A DNA stretch of 64,000 nucleotides, taken from contig JAVVSK010000007.1 of assembly GCA_036654235.1 (NCBI GenBank), forward strand, positions 16,055 to 80,054, written 5' to 3'. Of this stretch, positions 45,491-54,644 are shown one piece after another (within the stretch, counting starts at the first letter, position 1; each line of letters starts with the position of its first letter). Origin of the DNA: Clostridia bacterium (lineage in GTDB: Bacteria > Bacillota > Clostridia > Christensenellales > CAG-138). The notes beneath the pieces were generated by a model. The model had not been told where the DNA came from. It did not search any database and saw only the letters and a program-made list of their open reading frames with translations. Both the position numbers and the translations under genes were made by a program.

Positions 45491-45889
45491 ATGGCAGTAA
45501 CCAAAGTTTATAGAGAAGGACAATATTTAAACGGCGCGCTTCCGAACCGAGAACCAAGTTTGCCGCAAAAAAGTCCTGGTCAATTGCCAAGGAAAAGACC
45601 AATAGAGCGCTCCGCACCGCGAAACACACTTAAAAAAGCGGCAGCTGTGTTTTCGCTACTTATGGTGACCGGTATTGCACTCCTTATTTTGATGGGATAT
45701 GCCTCGATAAATAAAGATTATTCGTCGCTAAATGAAATAAAAGCGAATGTAGCGGAAACTGAACGCTATATAGATAAACTAAAGCGTGAAATCGAGTATG
45801 ATATTTCAAACGGTGATATCGAAAAGGCGGTATCCGAAAACGACATGTGTTATCCGGAGGATAATAGAATTATAAAAGTTGAGCCGTAA
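45491..45889 (+). CDS. ftsL: FtsL-like cell division protein
   Basis: Bitopic protein with a basic N-terminus, one TM (AAAVFSLLMVTGIALLILMGY) and a coiled-coil (INKDYSSLNEIKANVAETERYIDKLKREIE). It sits in the canonical position after rsmH. Confidence 0.6.
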   Translation: MAVTKVYREGQYLNGALPNREPSLPQKSPGQLPRKRPIERSAPRNTLKKAAAVFSLLMVTGIALLILMGYASINKDYSSLNEIKANVAETERYIDKLKREIEYDISNGDIEKAVSENDMCYPEDNRIIKVEP

Positions 45890-45904
45890 ATAGGAGGATC
45901 TATT

Positions 45905-48001
45905 ATGAATGCGCCTACCTCTGCGAACAAAAGAAGACTTGTCATTATGCTTGTTATTATGGCCGGTCTGTTTTTAGTTTTGGCAATAGCTCTTTTTAAG
46001 GTGCAAGTAATTGATGCGAAAAAGTTGCAGGAAAAAGCGGTTTTGCAATGGACGAGAGATACTTCATTATCGGCACTTCGAGGGAACATATATGATTCTA
46101 CGGGGGCTATTTTAGCCGAGAGTGGAACGGCGTATAAGGTGCTTCTTCGTCCGCAGGAGATAGTGAGCGGCGAGAGGATTCGTATCGCTACGGAGTTATC
46201 GAACGTTTTAGAACTTGATTATGACGTTGTTCTTAAAAAAATCGAAAACACTAAAATATCCGAGCTTGTTTTAAAGCGCCAAATAGATCGTGAAACCGCG
46301 GATAAAATAAACTCCCTTAAACTTGGGAACGGCGTTGCAACAGCGATAGACAGTAAGCGGTTTTATCCTTACGGCAACCTTATGGCACAGGTTTTGGGTT
46401 TTACGACAACGGATGGTGTTGGTCAAGCCGGACTTGAACTAAAATACAATAAATTTCTTTCGGGAGAAGACGGGCGTCTTATAACCGAGCAAGATAGGAA
46501 AGGACAGAGCCTTCCGTACGGCGTTAGCGAATACATAGACCCGATAGACGGAGCGGATATAGTTCTTACCACAAACGGCGTTATAGAATCCTATCTCGAA
46601 AAAGCGCTTAAAGAGGCTCTCGAATTAAATAAAGCAAAGAGCGCTCAGGGAATAATAATGGACGTTAAAACGGGGGCGCTTATCGCCGTTTCGACGCAGC
46701 CGGACTTTGATTTAAACAATCCTCCAAGAGACAACCTTGCGCTTTTAAGCGAACTAAGTAAAAATAAAATCGTTACTGATGCTTACGAACCGGGTTCAAC
46801 CTTTAAGATAACTACTCTTGCCGCCGCTATAGACAGCGGCGCGGCGAACGAAAGCTATACCTGCTTTTGTCCGGGCTATAAAATAGTTAATGGTCAGCGA
46901 ATAAAATGCTGGAAGGCGGGGGGACACGGGAGTCAAACCTTAATGCAATGCGCGGAAAACTCCTGCAACTCGGCATTTATGGATCTTGCGCTTAGAATGG
47001 GCGTAGATAAATTTTACGATTACATATATAAATTCGGTTTCGGATCGACGAGCGGAAGCGGGCTTTTAGGTGAAGCGGGCGGAATAGTTACAAATAAAAA
47101 GTACATTCGCGATACCGACCTTGCGCGTATAGGCTTCGGACAGAGTATCGCGGTTACGCCGCTTCAGCTCATTACGGCGGCGTCAGCTGCGATTAACGGC
47201 GGGGAACTTATGCAGCCCTACATAATGGATCGAATTATTTCGGCGGCCGGGGATACTATAAGCCAAACCGAGCCTACCGTTGTTAGGAGAGTTATAAGTG
47301 AAAGCGCTTCAAATTTGACGCGCGGGATTTTAACGAGTGTAGTTGAAAACGGAAGCGGTAAAAACGCAAAAATACCCGGATTTTTAGTTGGCGGTAAAAC
47401 GGGAACAGCACAAAAATATGAGGATGGAAAAGTTTCATCGGGGAAGCTCATTGCGTCGTTTATTGGGTTCGCGCCGGCGGAAGACCCGCGCTACATATGC
47501 CTGATTTTAGTTGACGAGCCGCAAGTGGGTGTGATTTTCGGAAGCACCGTTGCCGCGCCATTTGTAAAAAATGTACTTGAAGAAACCCTACTCTATTATG
47601 GATATAAGAGAAGCACAGATAACGAAACGGTTGTTATTCCCGACTTATCGGGGCTTACGACGGCTGAAGCCGAGATAAAACTAAAAGAACTTGGGCTTAC
47701 GGCGGTTTTTCAAGATAGCGATAAGGTAACGGCGCAGCTTCCGGCGTCGGGCAGCGTTGCCGTAAAGGGTAGCGCGGTACTACTATATACGAATAGTACG
47801 GGCGAAGATGAAAAATTTGAATATGTTGAGGTTCCGAACCTTGTTGGGCTGACTAGACTTCAGGCGTTTGATGCTCTGGATGAAATTGGGCTTGTACTGG
47901 TCATTGATGGGGAATATAAGGGCGGAGAAATTATTTCGCAGAGTATTCTTAAGGGCGAGAGGGTTGAAGAAGGAACAAGAATAACGGTAAAATTCAAATA
48001 A
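45905..48001 (+). CDS. Class B penicillin-binding protein (PBP2B/SpoVD/FtsI-type) with two PASTA domains
   Basis: TM anchor, dimerisation domain, transpeptidase motifs STFK, SCNS and KTGT, and two C-terminal PASTA repeats (IPDLSGLT..., VPNLVGLT...). Confidence 0.92.
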   Translation: MNAPTSANKRRLVIMLVIMAGLFLVLAIALFKVQVIDAKKLQEKAVLQWTRDTSLSALRGNIYDSTGAILAESGTAYKVLLRPQEIVSGERIRIATELSNVLELDYDVVLKKIENTKISELVLKRQIDRETADKINSLKLGNGVATAIDSKRFYPYGNLMAQVLGFTTTDGVGQAGLELKYNKFLSGEDGRLITEQDRKGQSLPYGVSEYIDPIDGADIVLTTNGVIESYLEKALKEALELNKAKSAQGIIMDVKTGALIAVSTQPDFDLNNPPRDNLALLSELSKNKIVTDAYEPGSTFKITTLAAAIDSGAANESYTCFCPGYKIVNGQRIKCWKAGGHGSQTLMQCAENSCNSAFMDLALRMGVDKFYDYIYKFGFGSTSGSGLLGEAGGIVTNKKYIRDTDLARIGFGQSIAVTPLQLITAASAAINGGELMQPYIMDRIISAAGDTISQTEPTVVRRVISESASNLTRGILTSVVENGSGKNAKIPGFLVGGKTGTAQKYEDGKVSSGKLIASFIGFAPAEDPRYICLILVDEPQVGVIFGSTVAAPFVKNVLEETLLYYGYKRSTDNETVVIPDLSGLTTAEAEIKLKELGLTAVFQDSDKVTAQLPASGSVAVKGSAVLLYTNSTGEDEKFEYVEVPNLVGLTRLQAFDALDEIGLVLVIDGEYKGGEIISQSILKGERVEEGTRITVKFK

Positions 48002-48045
48002 CTTTATGATAAACGGTTATTCTCGCATGAAACAGGAGGACGATC

Positions 48046-49482
48046 ATGTTACTCAGTATACTTACACAGGCAATACCGCATAAACTGATAGGCAGAGATG
48101 CGGATATAAAGAGAATTGAGTACGATTCGCGGCATGTTAAAGAGGGAGATCTCTTTTGCTGTGTATCCGGTACTTTTTCGGATGGACATAAATACGCGCG
48201 CGAAGCGATAGAAAAAGGCGCTTCGGCGCTCTTATGCGAGCATGAGCTCCCGTTTCTCGTTCCGCAGATAATAGTTGAAAATACGCGGGTTGCTATGGCT
48301 GAGACAGCGGCGAGGTTTTATAAGTATCCATCCCGCGAAATGACGATTGTTGGGGTAACGGGGACGAACGGAAAAACGACGACCACCTATATGTTAAAAT
48401 CAATTTTTGAACATGCGGGAAAAAAAGTCGGGCTTATAGGAACGATAAAAAACATGATCGGAAGCAAAATAATAGCGACCGAGAGAACGACCCCGGAAAG
48501 CGTCGAACTGCAAGAGCTTTTGCGCCGTATGGCCGATGAAGATGTCGATATAGTCGTGATGGAGGTAAGCTCACATTCGCTGGTTCAGGGTAGAGTACAT
48601 GGGGTGCATTTTGCGGTGGGCGAATTTACGAACCTGACGCAGGATCATTTGGATTACCATAAGACATTTGAAAACTATTTTCAGGCGAAAAAGATATTAT
48701 TTTATAACTGTGATAAGGCGATTGTAAATGCGGATGATCCATATGCCAAACGAATAATTGAGGGTACGGATTGCGAAGTTTTAACGTTTGGCATAAGTAA
48801 AAATGCGGATATATACGCAAAGGATATAGATATAACTACCTCGGGTGTTCAGTTTACTATGCATAAGGGAAAGGAATCAATTTTGCTGTCTATTCCGATA
48901 CCCGGATTATTCTCGGTTTCGAACGCTCTCGGTGCTGTCGGCGTTGCAATGAGTCTCGGAATAAGCCTAAAATCAATAAAAGCAGGGCTTGAAGAAATGA
49001 TGAGCGTTGCGGGGCGTTTTGAGCCGCTTTCGACGGGCGGCAGAGATTATACCGTGTTTCTCGATTACGCACATGCACCCGATGCGGTTGAAAATGTTTT
49101 AAAGACAGTAAAAGAATTTAGTAAGGGAAGAATAGTTACTTTATTCGGATGCGGCGGGGATCGCGATAGGGCAAAACGCCCGATTATGGGGGAAATTGCA
49201 GGGAGACATTCCGATTTTTTAATCGTAACCTCCGATAATCCGCGAACGGAAGAGCCTATATCTATTATAGATATGATCATGGTAGGTGTAAAAAAATCGG
49301 GATGTGAGTACATAATAATAGAAGATAGGCGAAAGGCGATTGAATACGCCCTTAATCATGCTAAAAAAGATGACTGTATAGTGCTTGCCGGGAAGGGGCA
49401 TGAGAACTATCAAGAGATAAACGGAATTAAAAATCACTTTGACGAGAAGGAGATCGTTGCGGAAATACTGGGTACGAAATGA
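48046..49482 (+). CDS. murE: UDP-N-acetylmuramoyl-L-alanyl-D-glutamate--2,6-diaminopimelate ligase
   Basis: Mur ligase P-loop GVTGTNGKTTT, DYAHAPDA, and a DNPR motif (TSDNPRTE) characteristic of DAP-adding MurE. Confidence 0.9.
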   Translation: MLLSILTQAIPHKLIGRDADIKRIEYDSRHVKEGDLFCCVSGTFSDGHKYAREAIEKGASALLCEHELPFLVPQIIVENTRVAMAETAARFYKYPSREMTIVGVTGTNGKTTTTYMLKSIFEHAGKKVGLIGTIKNMIGSKIIATERTTPESVELQELLRRMADEDVDIVVMEVSSHSLVQGRVHGVHFAVGEFTNLTQDHLDYHKTFENYFQAKKILFYNCDKAIVNADDPYAKRIIEGTDCEVLTFGISKNADIYAKDIDITTSGVQFTMHKGKESILLSIPIPGLFSVSNALGAVGVAMSLGISLKSIKAGLEEMMSVAGRFEPLSTGGRDYTVFLDYAHAPDAVENVLKTVKEFSKGRIVTLFGCGGDRDRAKRPIMGEIAGRHSDFLIVTSDNPRTEEPISIIDMIMVGVKKSGCEYIIIEDRRKAIEYALNHAKKDDCIVLAGKGHENYQEINGIKNHFDEKEIVAEILGTK

Positions 49483-49537
49483 GGTATAACGCCGCGATAT
49501 AATATAGCGGTGATTTTTCGCAAGGAAAGAAGAGGGT

Positions 49538-50539
49538 ATGCGCGAAGATATTTTTGCATTGCTTTTGGCAGTAGGTATATTGATGATAACCGGGCCATGG
49601 CTTATTCCATTACTAAAGCGCTTTAAGTTTGGACAAACGGAGCGCGAGGAAGGACCGAAGAGCCATCTTATAAAGCAGGGCACGCCCACGATGGGTGGAA
49701 TAATGATAATTCTGGCGGTTATAGCGGGGACGATTGCGTTTTCAAACGGCAACCTTGAACTTGCGCTTCCGGCAATTCTAATAATGACCGGATATGGTCT
49801 AGTTGGATTCTTGGACGATTTTATAAAGATAAAGTTAAAGAGAAACCTGGGATTAAAGGCGTATCAGAAGATAATAGGGCAGTTCGGGATAGCTCTTATC
49901 GTTGCACTATATTGTTATAACAGTCCCTACATAGGAAGCATCTTATATTTTCCGTTTATAAATGCGGAACTTGATTTGGGAATTTTCTATATACCTTTCG
50001 CGATGATACTCGTTATCGGAATGGTAAACAGCGTAAATTTAACCGATGGTCTTGACGGATTGGCTTCGGGAATTTCTCTTATCTATTGCGCGGCTATGGC
50101 GATTGTATTCATGTATATGAGTACAATTTTGAGGGATGAAGGGCAGATAATGAGCGGAGCGAATTTTTCCGCAATGTCCGTTTTTGCGGCATCTACCGTA
50201 GGGGCCTGCCTTGGATTTTTAAGATTTAATTCTTATCCCGCGCGTATTTTTATGGGAGATACGGGTTCAATGGCTCTTGGCGGAGCTATCAGCGCTATGG
50301 CTTTATTTTCGCGTTCACCGTTTTCGGTATTTTTAATGGGCGGGTGTTTTGTCGCTTCGGCGGTCAGCGTTATATTGCAGGTGGGTTCTTATAAGCTCAG
50401 GAATAAGAAGCGTATATTTAAGATGGCTCCGCTTCATCATCACTTTGAGCTTTGTGGGTATTCTGAAACAAAAATAGTTGCGGGGTATATGATAGTTACG
50501 ACGGTTTTATGCCTCATATGCTTGCTTGCGTATATTTAA
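49538..50539 (+). CDS. mraY: Phospho-N-acetylmuramoyl-pentapeptide transferase
   Basis: KxGTPTMGG, VNLTDGLDGLA, MGDTGSMALGG and PLHHHFE motifs. 333 aa, 10 TM. Confidence 0.95.
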   Translation: MREDIFALLLAVGILMITGPWLIPLLKRFKFGQTEREEGPKSHLIKQGTPTMGGIMIILAVIAGTIAFSNGNLELALPAILIMTGYGLVGFLDDFIKIKLKRNLGLKAYQKIIGQFGIALIVALYCYNSPYIGSILYFPFINAELDLGIFYIPFAMILVIGMVNSVNLTDGLDGLASGISLIYCAAMAIVFMYMSTILRDEGQIMSGANFSAMSVFAASTVGACLGFLRFNSYPARIFMGDTGSMALGGAISAMALFSRSPFSVFLMGGCFVASAVSVILQVGSYKLRNKKRIFKMAPLHHHFELCGYSETKIVAGYMIVTTVLCLICLLAYI

Positions 50540-50554
50540 ATTGTGTTTGTGTTT

Positions 50555-50716
50555 GTCGTTTGGCGAAAGCTTTTTGTCGTTAATTTTGTTGGCACTTTGA
50601 GAACGGCGAAAGCGAAGTAAGATGCTTGGGAGAGATTCGGCTCTTTTCTCCCAAGCACCTTGCGGCGATTATCAATTGCGTTACGGGGTTTATCTCGTCG
50701 CCAAACGACTTTTTTT
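50555..50716 (+). other. Nested-hairpin element ending in a T7 run, in the mraY-murD spacer (structured RNA, attenuator or terminator)
   Basis: The outer 12-bp perfect stem is GTCGTTTGGCGA (50555-66) / TCGCCAAACGAC (50698-709), followed by TTTTTTT (50710-16). The inner stem is AAGATGCTTGGGAGA (50619-33) / TCTCCCAAGCACCTT (50647-61), 14 of 15 pairs. GGCGAAAGC occurs twice (50562-70, 50605-13). Confidence 0.5.
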
Positions 50717-50755
50717 AAATAATATTTTTTACATAATAAAAGGATGGCGAAAAAA

Positions 50756-52105
50756 ATGTCAAAAGCATTAGTGGTCGGCATGGCGAAAAGCGGTATAGGC
50801 AGCGCAAAACTGCTTTTTCGAAACGGCTATCATGTTATAATCAACGACATGAAGCACGATATTTCGGGTCTAAACAAAGCTCTTTCGGGCATACAATATG
50901 AAAACAAACTTGGTGTAGACCCCAAAACGCTTTTGGACGGGGTTGATCTCGTTGTTCTTAGCCCCGTTATACCGATTTTTTCGGAACTTGCAAAGCTAGC
51001 TATTTCCCGCGGGATAGAGGTTATAGGGGAGATAGAACTCGGATCTCGCTATTGTTCTCCGAAAACAAAATTCGTTTGTATAAGCGGAACGAACGGAAAA
51101 ACAACCTGTACCGCGCTAACGGGAGAATTTTTTAAAGAGGCGGGAAGGCATACCTTTGTACTTGGCAATATAGGCGTTCCTATTACGGAATATGCTATGG
51201 ATACGCGTCCCGGCGATACAATAGTCGCGGAAGTTGCGGCTCTTCAACTTGAGAGCATAAGGGATTTTCATGCGAATTCTGCAGCGATGGTAAATATAAG
51301 CGAGGATCACCTTAACCGTTTCGAGTCAATGGAAAGCTATGTGGCGGCAAAATGCAGAGTATTTGAAAATCAAAACGAGGATGATTTTGCCGTTCTCAAT
51401 TATGACGATCCTACGGTTCGCGATATGAAGAGACTTACCAAGGCTAAGGTACTGTATTTTTCGCAAAAAAACGAGGTCGAGCATGGAGCGTTTTTAAAGG
51501 GCAATATGATGGTTTGGCGTGAAAACGGTGTCGATACTGATATTTTTATGATAGACGAACTTTTGATTCCCGGTCGGCATAATGTTGAAAATGCACTGTG
51601 TTGTGCCGTTCTCGCACTTTCAAATGGAATATCGGTTGAAACGGTAAGAACAGTGCTTAGACGATTTAAAGGCGTTGAGCATCGAATAGAGTTTGTTTCC
51701 GAGATTGGCGGCATACAATATTATAACGACAGTAAGGGAACAAATCCGGATTCTACTATGCGCGCCGTTGAAGCTATGAGTCGCCCGACAATATTGATTT
51801 TAGGGGTCGGAAATTACGACAAACATAGCGATTTTACGCCGCTGTTTCGGGTTTTCGGGGATACGGTTAAAGGCGTTATAGCGTCCGGAATAAATGTTCC
51901 CGCAATAATGGAGGCGGCAAACCGCACCGGCTTTAGAAATATAAAGGTAGAAAACGGTTCTCTGGGCGACATGATCGAGGCGGCGAGAAAAATGGCTAAG
52001 CCCGGCTATTCGGTTTTGCTTTCACCGGCGGCGGCAAGTTGGGGCATGTTTTCGGACTTTGAGGAGCGCGGGAGAATGTTTAAGGAAATAGTCAGAACAT
52101 TGTAA
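50756..52105 (+). CDS. murD: UDP-N-acetylmuramoylalanine--D-glutamate ligase
   Basis: N-terminal Rossmann VVGMAKSGIGSAKLL and Mur ligase P-loop ISGTNGKTT. I prefer the start at 50756 (AAAGGA 11-12 nt upstream) over 50744, which overlaps the RBS. Confidence 0.9.
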   Translation: MSKALVVGMAKSGIGSAKLLFRNGYHVIINDMKHDISGLNKALSGIQYENKLGVDPKTLLDGVDLVVLSPVIPIFSELAKLAISRGIEVIGEIELGSRYCSPKTKFVCISGTNGKTTCTALTGEFFKEAGRHTFVLGNIGVPITEYAMDTRPGDTIVAEVAALQLESIRDFHANSAAMVNISEDHLNRFESMESYVAAKCRVFENQNEDDFAVLNYDDPTVRDMKRLTKAKVLYFSQKNEVEHGAFLKGNMMVWRENGVDTDIFMIDELLIPGRHNVENALCCAVLALSNGISVETVRTVLRRFKGVEHRIEFVSEIGGIQYYNDSKGTNPDSTMRAVEAMSRPTILILGVGNYDKHSDFTPLFRVFGDTVKGVIASGINVPAIMEAANRTGFRNIKVENGSLGDMIEAARKMAKPGYSVLLSPAAASWGMFSDFEERGRMFKEIVRTL

Positions 52106-52116
52106 GGGGATAGAGC

Positions 52117-53277
52117 GTGGAGGTAAGAGAATTCAAAAAGCCCGTTAAGGTTATAGAAAAACCAAAGCAAAAGACCGCTTTAAAACCGGCGGGTCGAATG
52201 GATTTTCCGCTACTTTTAGCTGTGCTTATAATTAGTGCGTTCGGACTTATAATGGTATTTTCAGCCAGCTATTATTACGCGCAGAGTGCTTTTGGGGACG
52301 GGCTGCATTACTTTAAAAGTCAGCTCCTGTTTCTTGTTATTGGCATTCCTATAATGCTCGGATTATCGAAGCTTAATTATAAGCTGCTTTTGAAATTTAA
52401 GCTTCATATAATTGGGCTTCTCTTAACCGTTGCGCTTCTTTTGTTGGTTTTAGTTATTGGCGTTGAAAGAAACGGCGCAAGAAGATGGATACAGATAGGT
52501 AGCCTTATTCCGTTTCAGCCATCAGAACTTGCAAAATTTGCACTTATACTTTTTATGGCGGCGTTTATGGGACAATACCCGGAACGCCTCAATTCGTTTT
52601 TTAAAAGTGTAGTACCGATGTTGCTTGTTATGGCTCTTATCTGCGTTCCCATATTACTTCAGCCAAATATGTCTATGATAGTGATTATCGGGCTTGTGGG
52701 CATTGCAATGATGTTTATAGGGGGCGTTAAGATTAAGCATTTGATGCTTATTCTTATTACTATGATCGCGGCTTTTGTTCTTCTGATTGTTATAGAGTCA
52801 TATCGTTTTGATAGAATTTTGGTTTATACCGATCCTTGGAAGAATCCGCGCGGAGATGGTTATCAAATTATCCAGTCGTTATATGCTTTAGGATCGGGCG
52901 GTCTTTTCGGAAAGGGTCTTAGTTTTTCACATCAAAAGCTGTTATTCCTGCCTTATTCTGAGAGTGATTTTATATTTTCCATAATAGGCGAGGAGCTTGG
53001 CTACTTTTTTTGCATCCTACTTATGCTTTTCTACTTATTCATAATATATCGTGGAATAAAGATAGCGATAAAGTGTAAGGATAAATTCGGAAGTCTTTTG
53101 GCGGCGGGAATAACAATAGTTATGGGTTTGCAGGTGATAGTGAACATGGGTGTAACTATGTGCGTTTTGCCACCTACGGGGCAGACACTTCCATTTATAA
53201 GTGCGGGAGGAACTTCTTTGTTCGTATACCTTGCGGCGATGGGCGTACTCCTCAATATTTCAAGAAATACGACGTAA
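52117..53277 (+). CDS. ftsW: FtsW/SpoVE (SEDS family) peptidoglycan glycosyltransferase
   Basis: 10-TM SEDS protein with QPSELAKF, SDFIFSIIGEELG and LPFISAGGTS motifs. GTG start after AAGGGGA. Confidence 0.9.
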   Translation: MEVREFKKPVKVIEKPKQKTALKPAGRMDFPLLLAVLIISAFGLIMVFSASYYYAQSAFGDGLHYFKSQLLFLVIGIPIMLGLSKLNYKLLLKFKLHIIGLLLTVALLLLVLVIGVERNGARRWIQIGSLIPFQPSELAKFALILFMAAFMGQYPERLNSFFKSVVPMLLVMALICVPILLQPNMSMIVIIGLVGIAMMFIGGVKIKHLMLILITMIAAFVLLIVIESYRFDRILVYTDPWKNPRGDGYQIIQSLYALGSGGLFGKGLSFSHQKLLFLPYSESDFIFSIIGEELGYFFCILLMLFYLFIIYRGIKIAIKCKDKFGSLLAAGITIVMGLQVIVNMGVTMCVLPPTGQTLPFISAGGTSLFVYLAAMGVLLNISRNTT

Positions 53278-53353
53278 AACGCAATATAATCACCAAATTT
53301 TTTGCGCGTCATATTATGTAGAGTACCATATGCGGTGTGAGAGGAGTCTTTCC

Positions 53354-54613
53354 ATGAGCAAAATCGTTGTAAACGGCGGAGCAAAGCTAAAGGGAGAGCT
53401 GAGAGTTGGTGGGGCGAAGAACGCGGTTTTACCGATACTCGCCGGGACGCTTCTTTCAACGGGATGTGTTACGCTAACGGATTGTCCCGATATTTTAGAT
53501 GCGGGCAATATGATGAGCATATTAAGAACCCTTGGTGCCGACACGAATAAATCTTTTGACGTTTTGGATATTAGAACGAAGGATGCATCCTGCTTTATAA
53601 TGCCTTCGCATTTATCTAAAGAGCTTAGGTCTTCTATATTTATGCTCGGACCGATTTTAAGCAGGTTTAAGCGGGCGCGATGCGTATATCCCGGAGGCTG
53701 TGAAATTGGGAATCGTCCTATAGATCTTCATCTTTCGGGTCTATCCATGCTGAACGTTAAAATACTTGAGAAACATGGTTCGATAATTTGCGACGGTAGT
53801 GATATGAGGGGGAACACAATTCATCTTGATTACCCGAGCGTCGGAGCGACCGAGAATCTTATGATGGCGGCGGTTACAGCGAAGGGAAAAACAGAGGTTC
53901 AAAACGCGGCGAGAGAACCCGAGATAGAGGATTTACAGACTTTTTTAAACGAGCTGGGTTATTCCGTTCATGGAGCAGGAACGTCGACCGTTATAATAAA
54001 CGGCACTGATGGGATTTCCGATAAGTCGGTAGTTCATAAAATAATCCCGGATAGAATAGTAGCGGGGACGTTCCTTACGGCGGCAGCAATAACGGGCGGA
54101 GAAATAAATCTTAAAAATTGTATTCCTTCGCATTTAAGCTCTATTATAGCTAAACTTAGGGAAACGGGATGCGATATTGAGGTGAATGATGACAGCATAA
54201 GGCTTTCCGTAAACCGTGAGCTAAAAGAAATAAGACATTTAGAGACCCTTCCACATCCGGGCTTTCCGACAGATATGCAAGCGCCAATATTCGCGCTTTG
54301 CTGTGTTTTAAACGGCACAAGCATAATTGTTGAAAATGTTTTCGAAAATAGATTTAAACATGCTTCGGAGCTTGCAAAGATGGGTGCTGAGTATACGCAA
54401 AAAGATAGGATGGCTATAATCCGCGGCGTTAAAAAGCTAACCGGTGCATCTCTAATCGCCGGCGATCTTCGCGGCGGTGCGGCTCTCGTTTTAGCGGGAC
54501 TCGTGGCGGAGGGCGAAACGACTATTGACAATGCAGAGCTTATAGATAGGGGTTACGAACGAATAGACGAACAGCTAAGAAACATAGGTGCGAACATAAG
54601 AAGAATCGACTGA
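53354..54613 (+). CDS. murA: UDP-N-acetylglucosamine 1-carboxyvinyltransferase
   Basis: GGAKNAVLPILAG and the active-site PGGCEIGNRPIDLH. I chose the start at 53354 (GAGGAG RBS); the upstream part of the ORF-track ORF overlaps ftsW. Confidence 0.93.
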   Translation: MSKIVVNGGAKLKGELRVGGAKNAVLPILAGTLLSTGCVTLTDCPDILDAGNMMSILRTLGADTNKSFDVLDIRTKDASCFIMPSHLSKELRSSIFMLGPILSRFKRARCVYPGGCEIGNRPIDLHLSGLSMLNVKILEKHGSIICDGSDMRGNTIHLDYPSVGATENLMMAAVTAKGKTEVQNAAREPEIEDLQTFLNELGYSVHGAGTSTVIINGTDGISDKSVVHKIIPDRIVAGTFLTAAAITGGEINLKNCIPSHLSSIIAKLRETGCDIEVNDDSIRLSVNRELKEIRHLETLPHPGFPTDMQAPIFALCCVLNGTSIIVENVFENRFKHASELAKMGAEYTQKDRMAIIRGVKKLTGASLIAGDLRGGAALVLAGLVAEGETTIDNAELIDRGYERIDEQLRNIGANIRRID

Positions 54614-54644
54614 GAATTTATTTGCTGGTTTAAGGCGGGATACT

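Noticed and set aside
50536-50781. An 81-aa minus-strand ORF spanning the mraY-murD spacer.
   Set aside because: It has no RBS and overlaps the ends of both flanking genes. Its span is better explained by the nested inverted repeats plus T-run seen on the plus strand.
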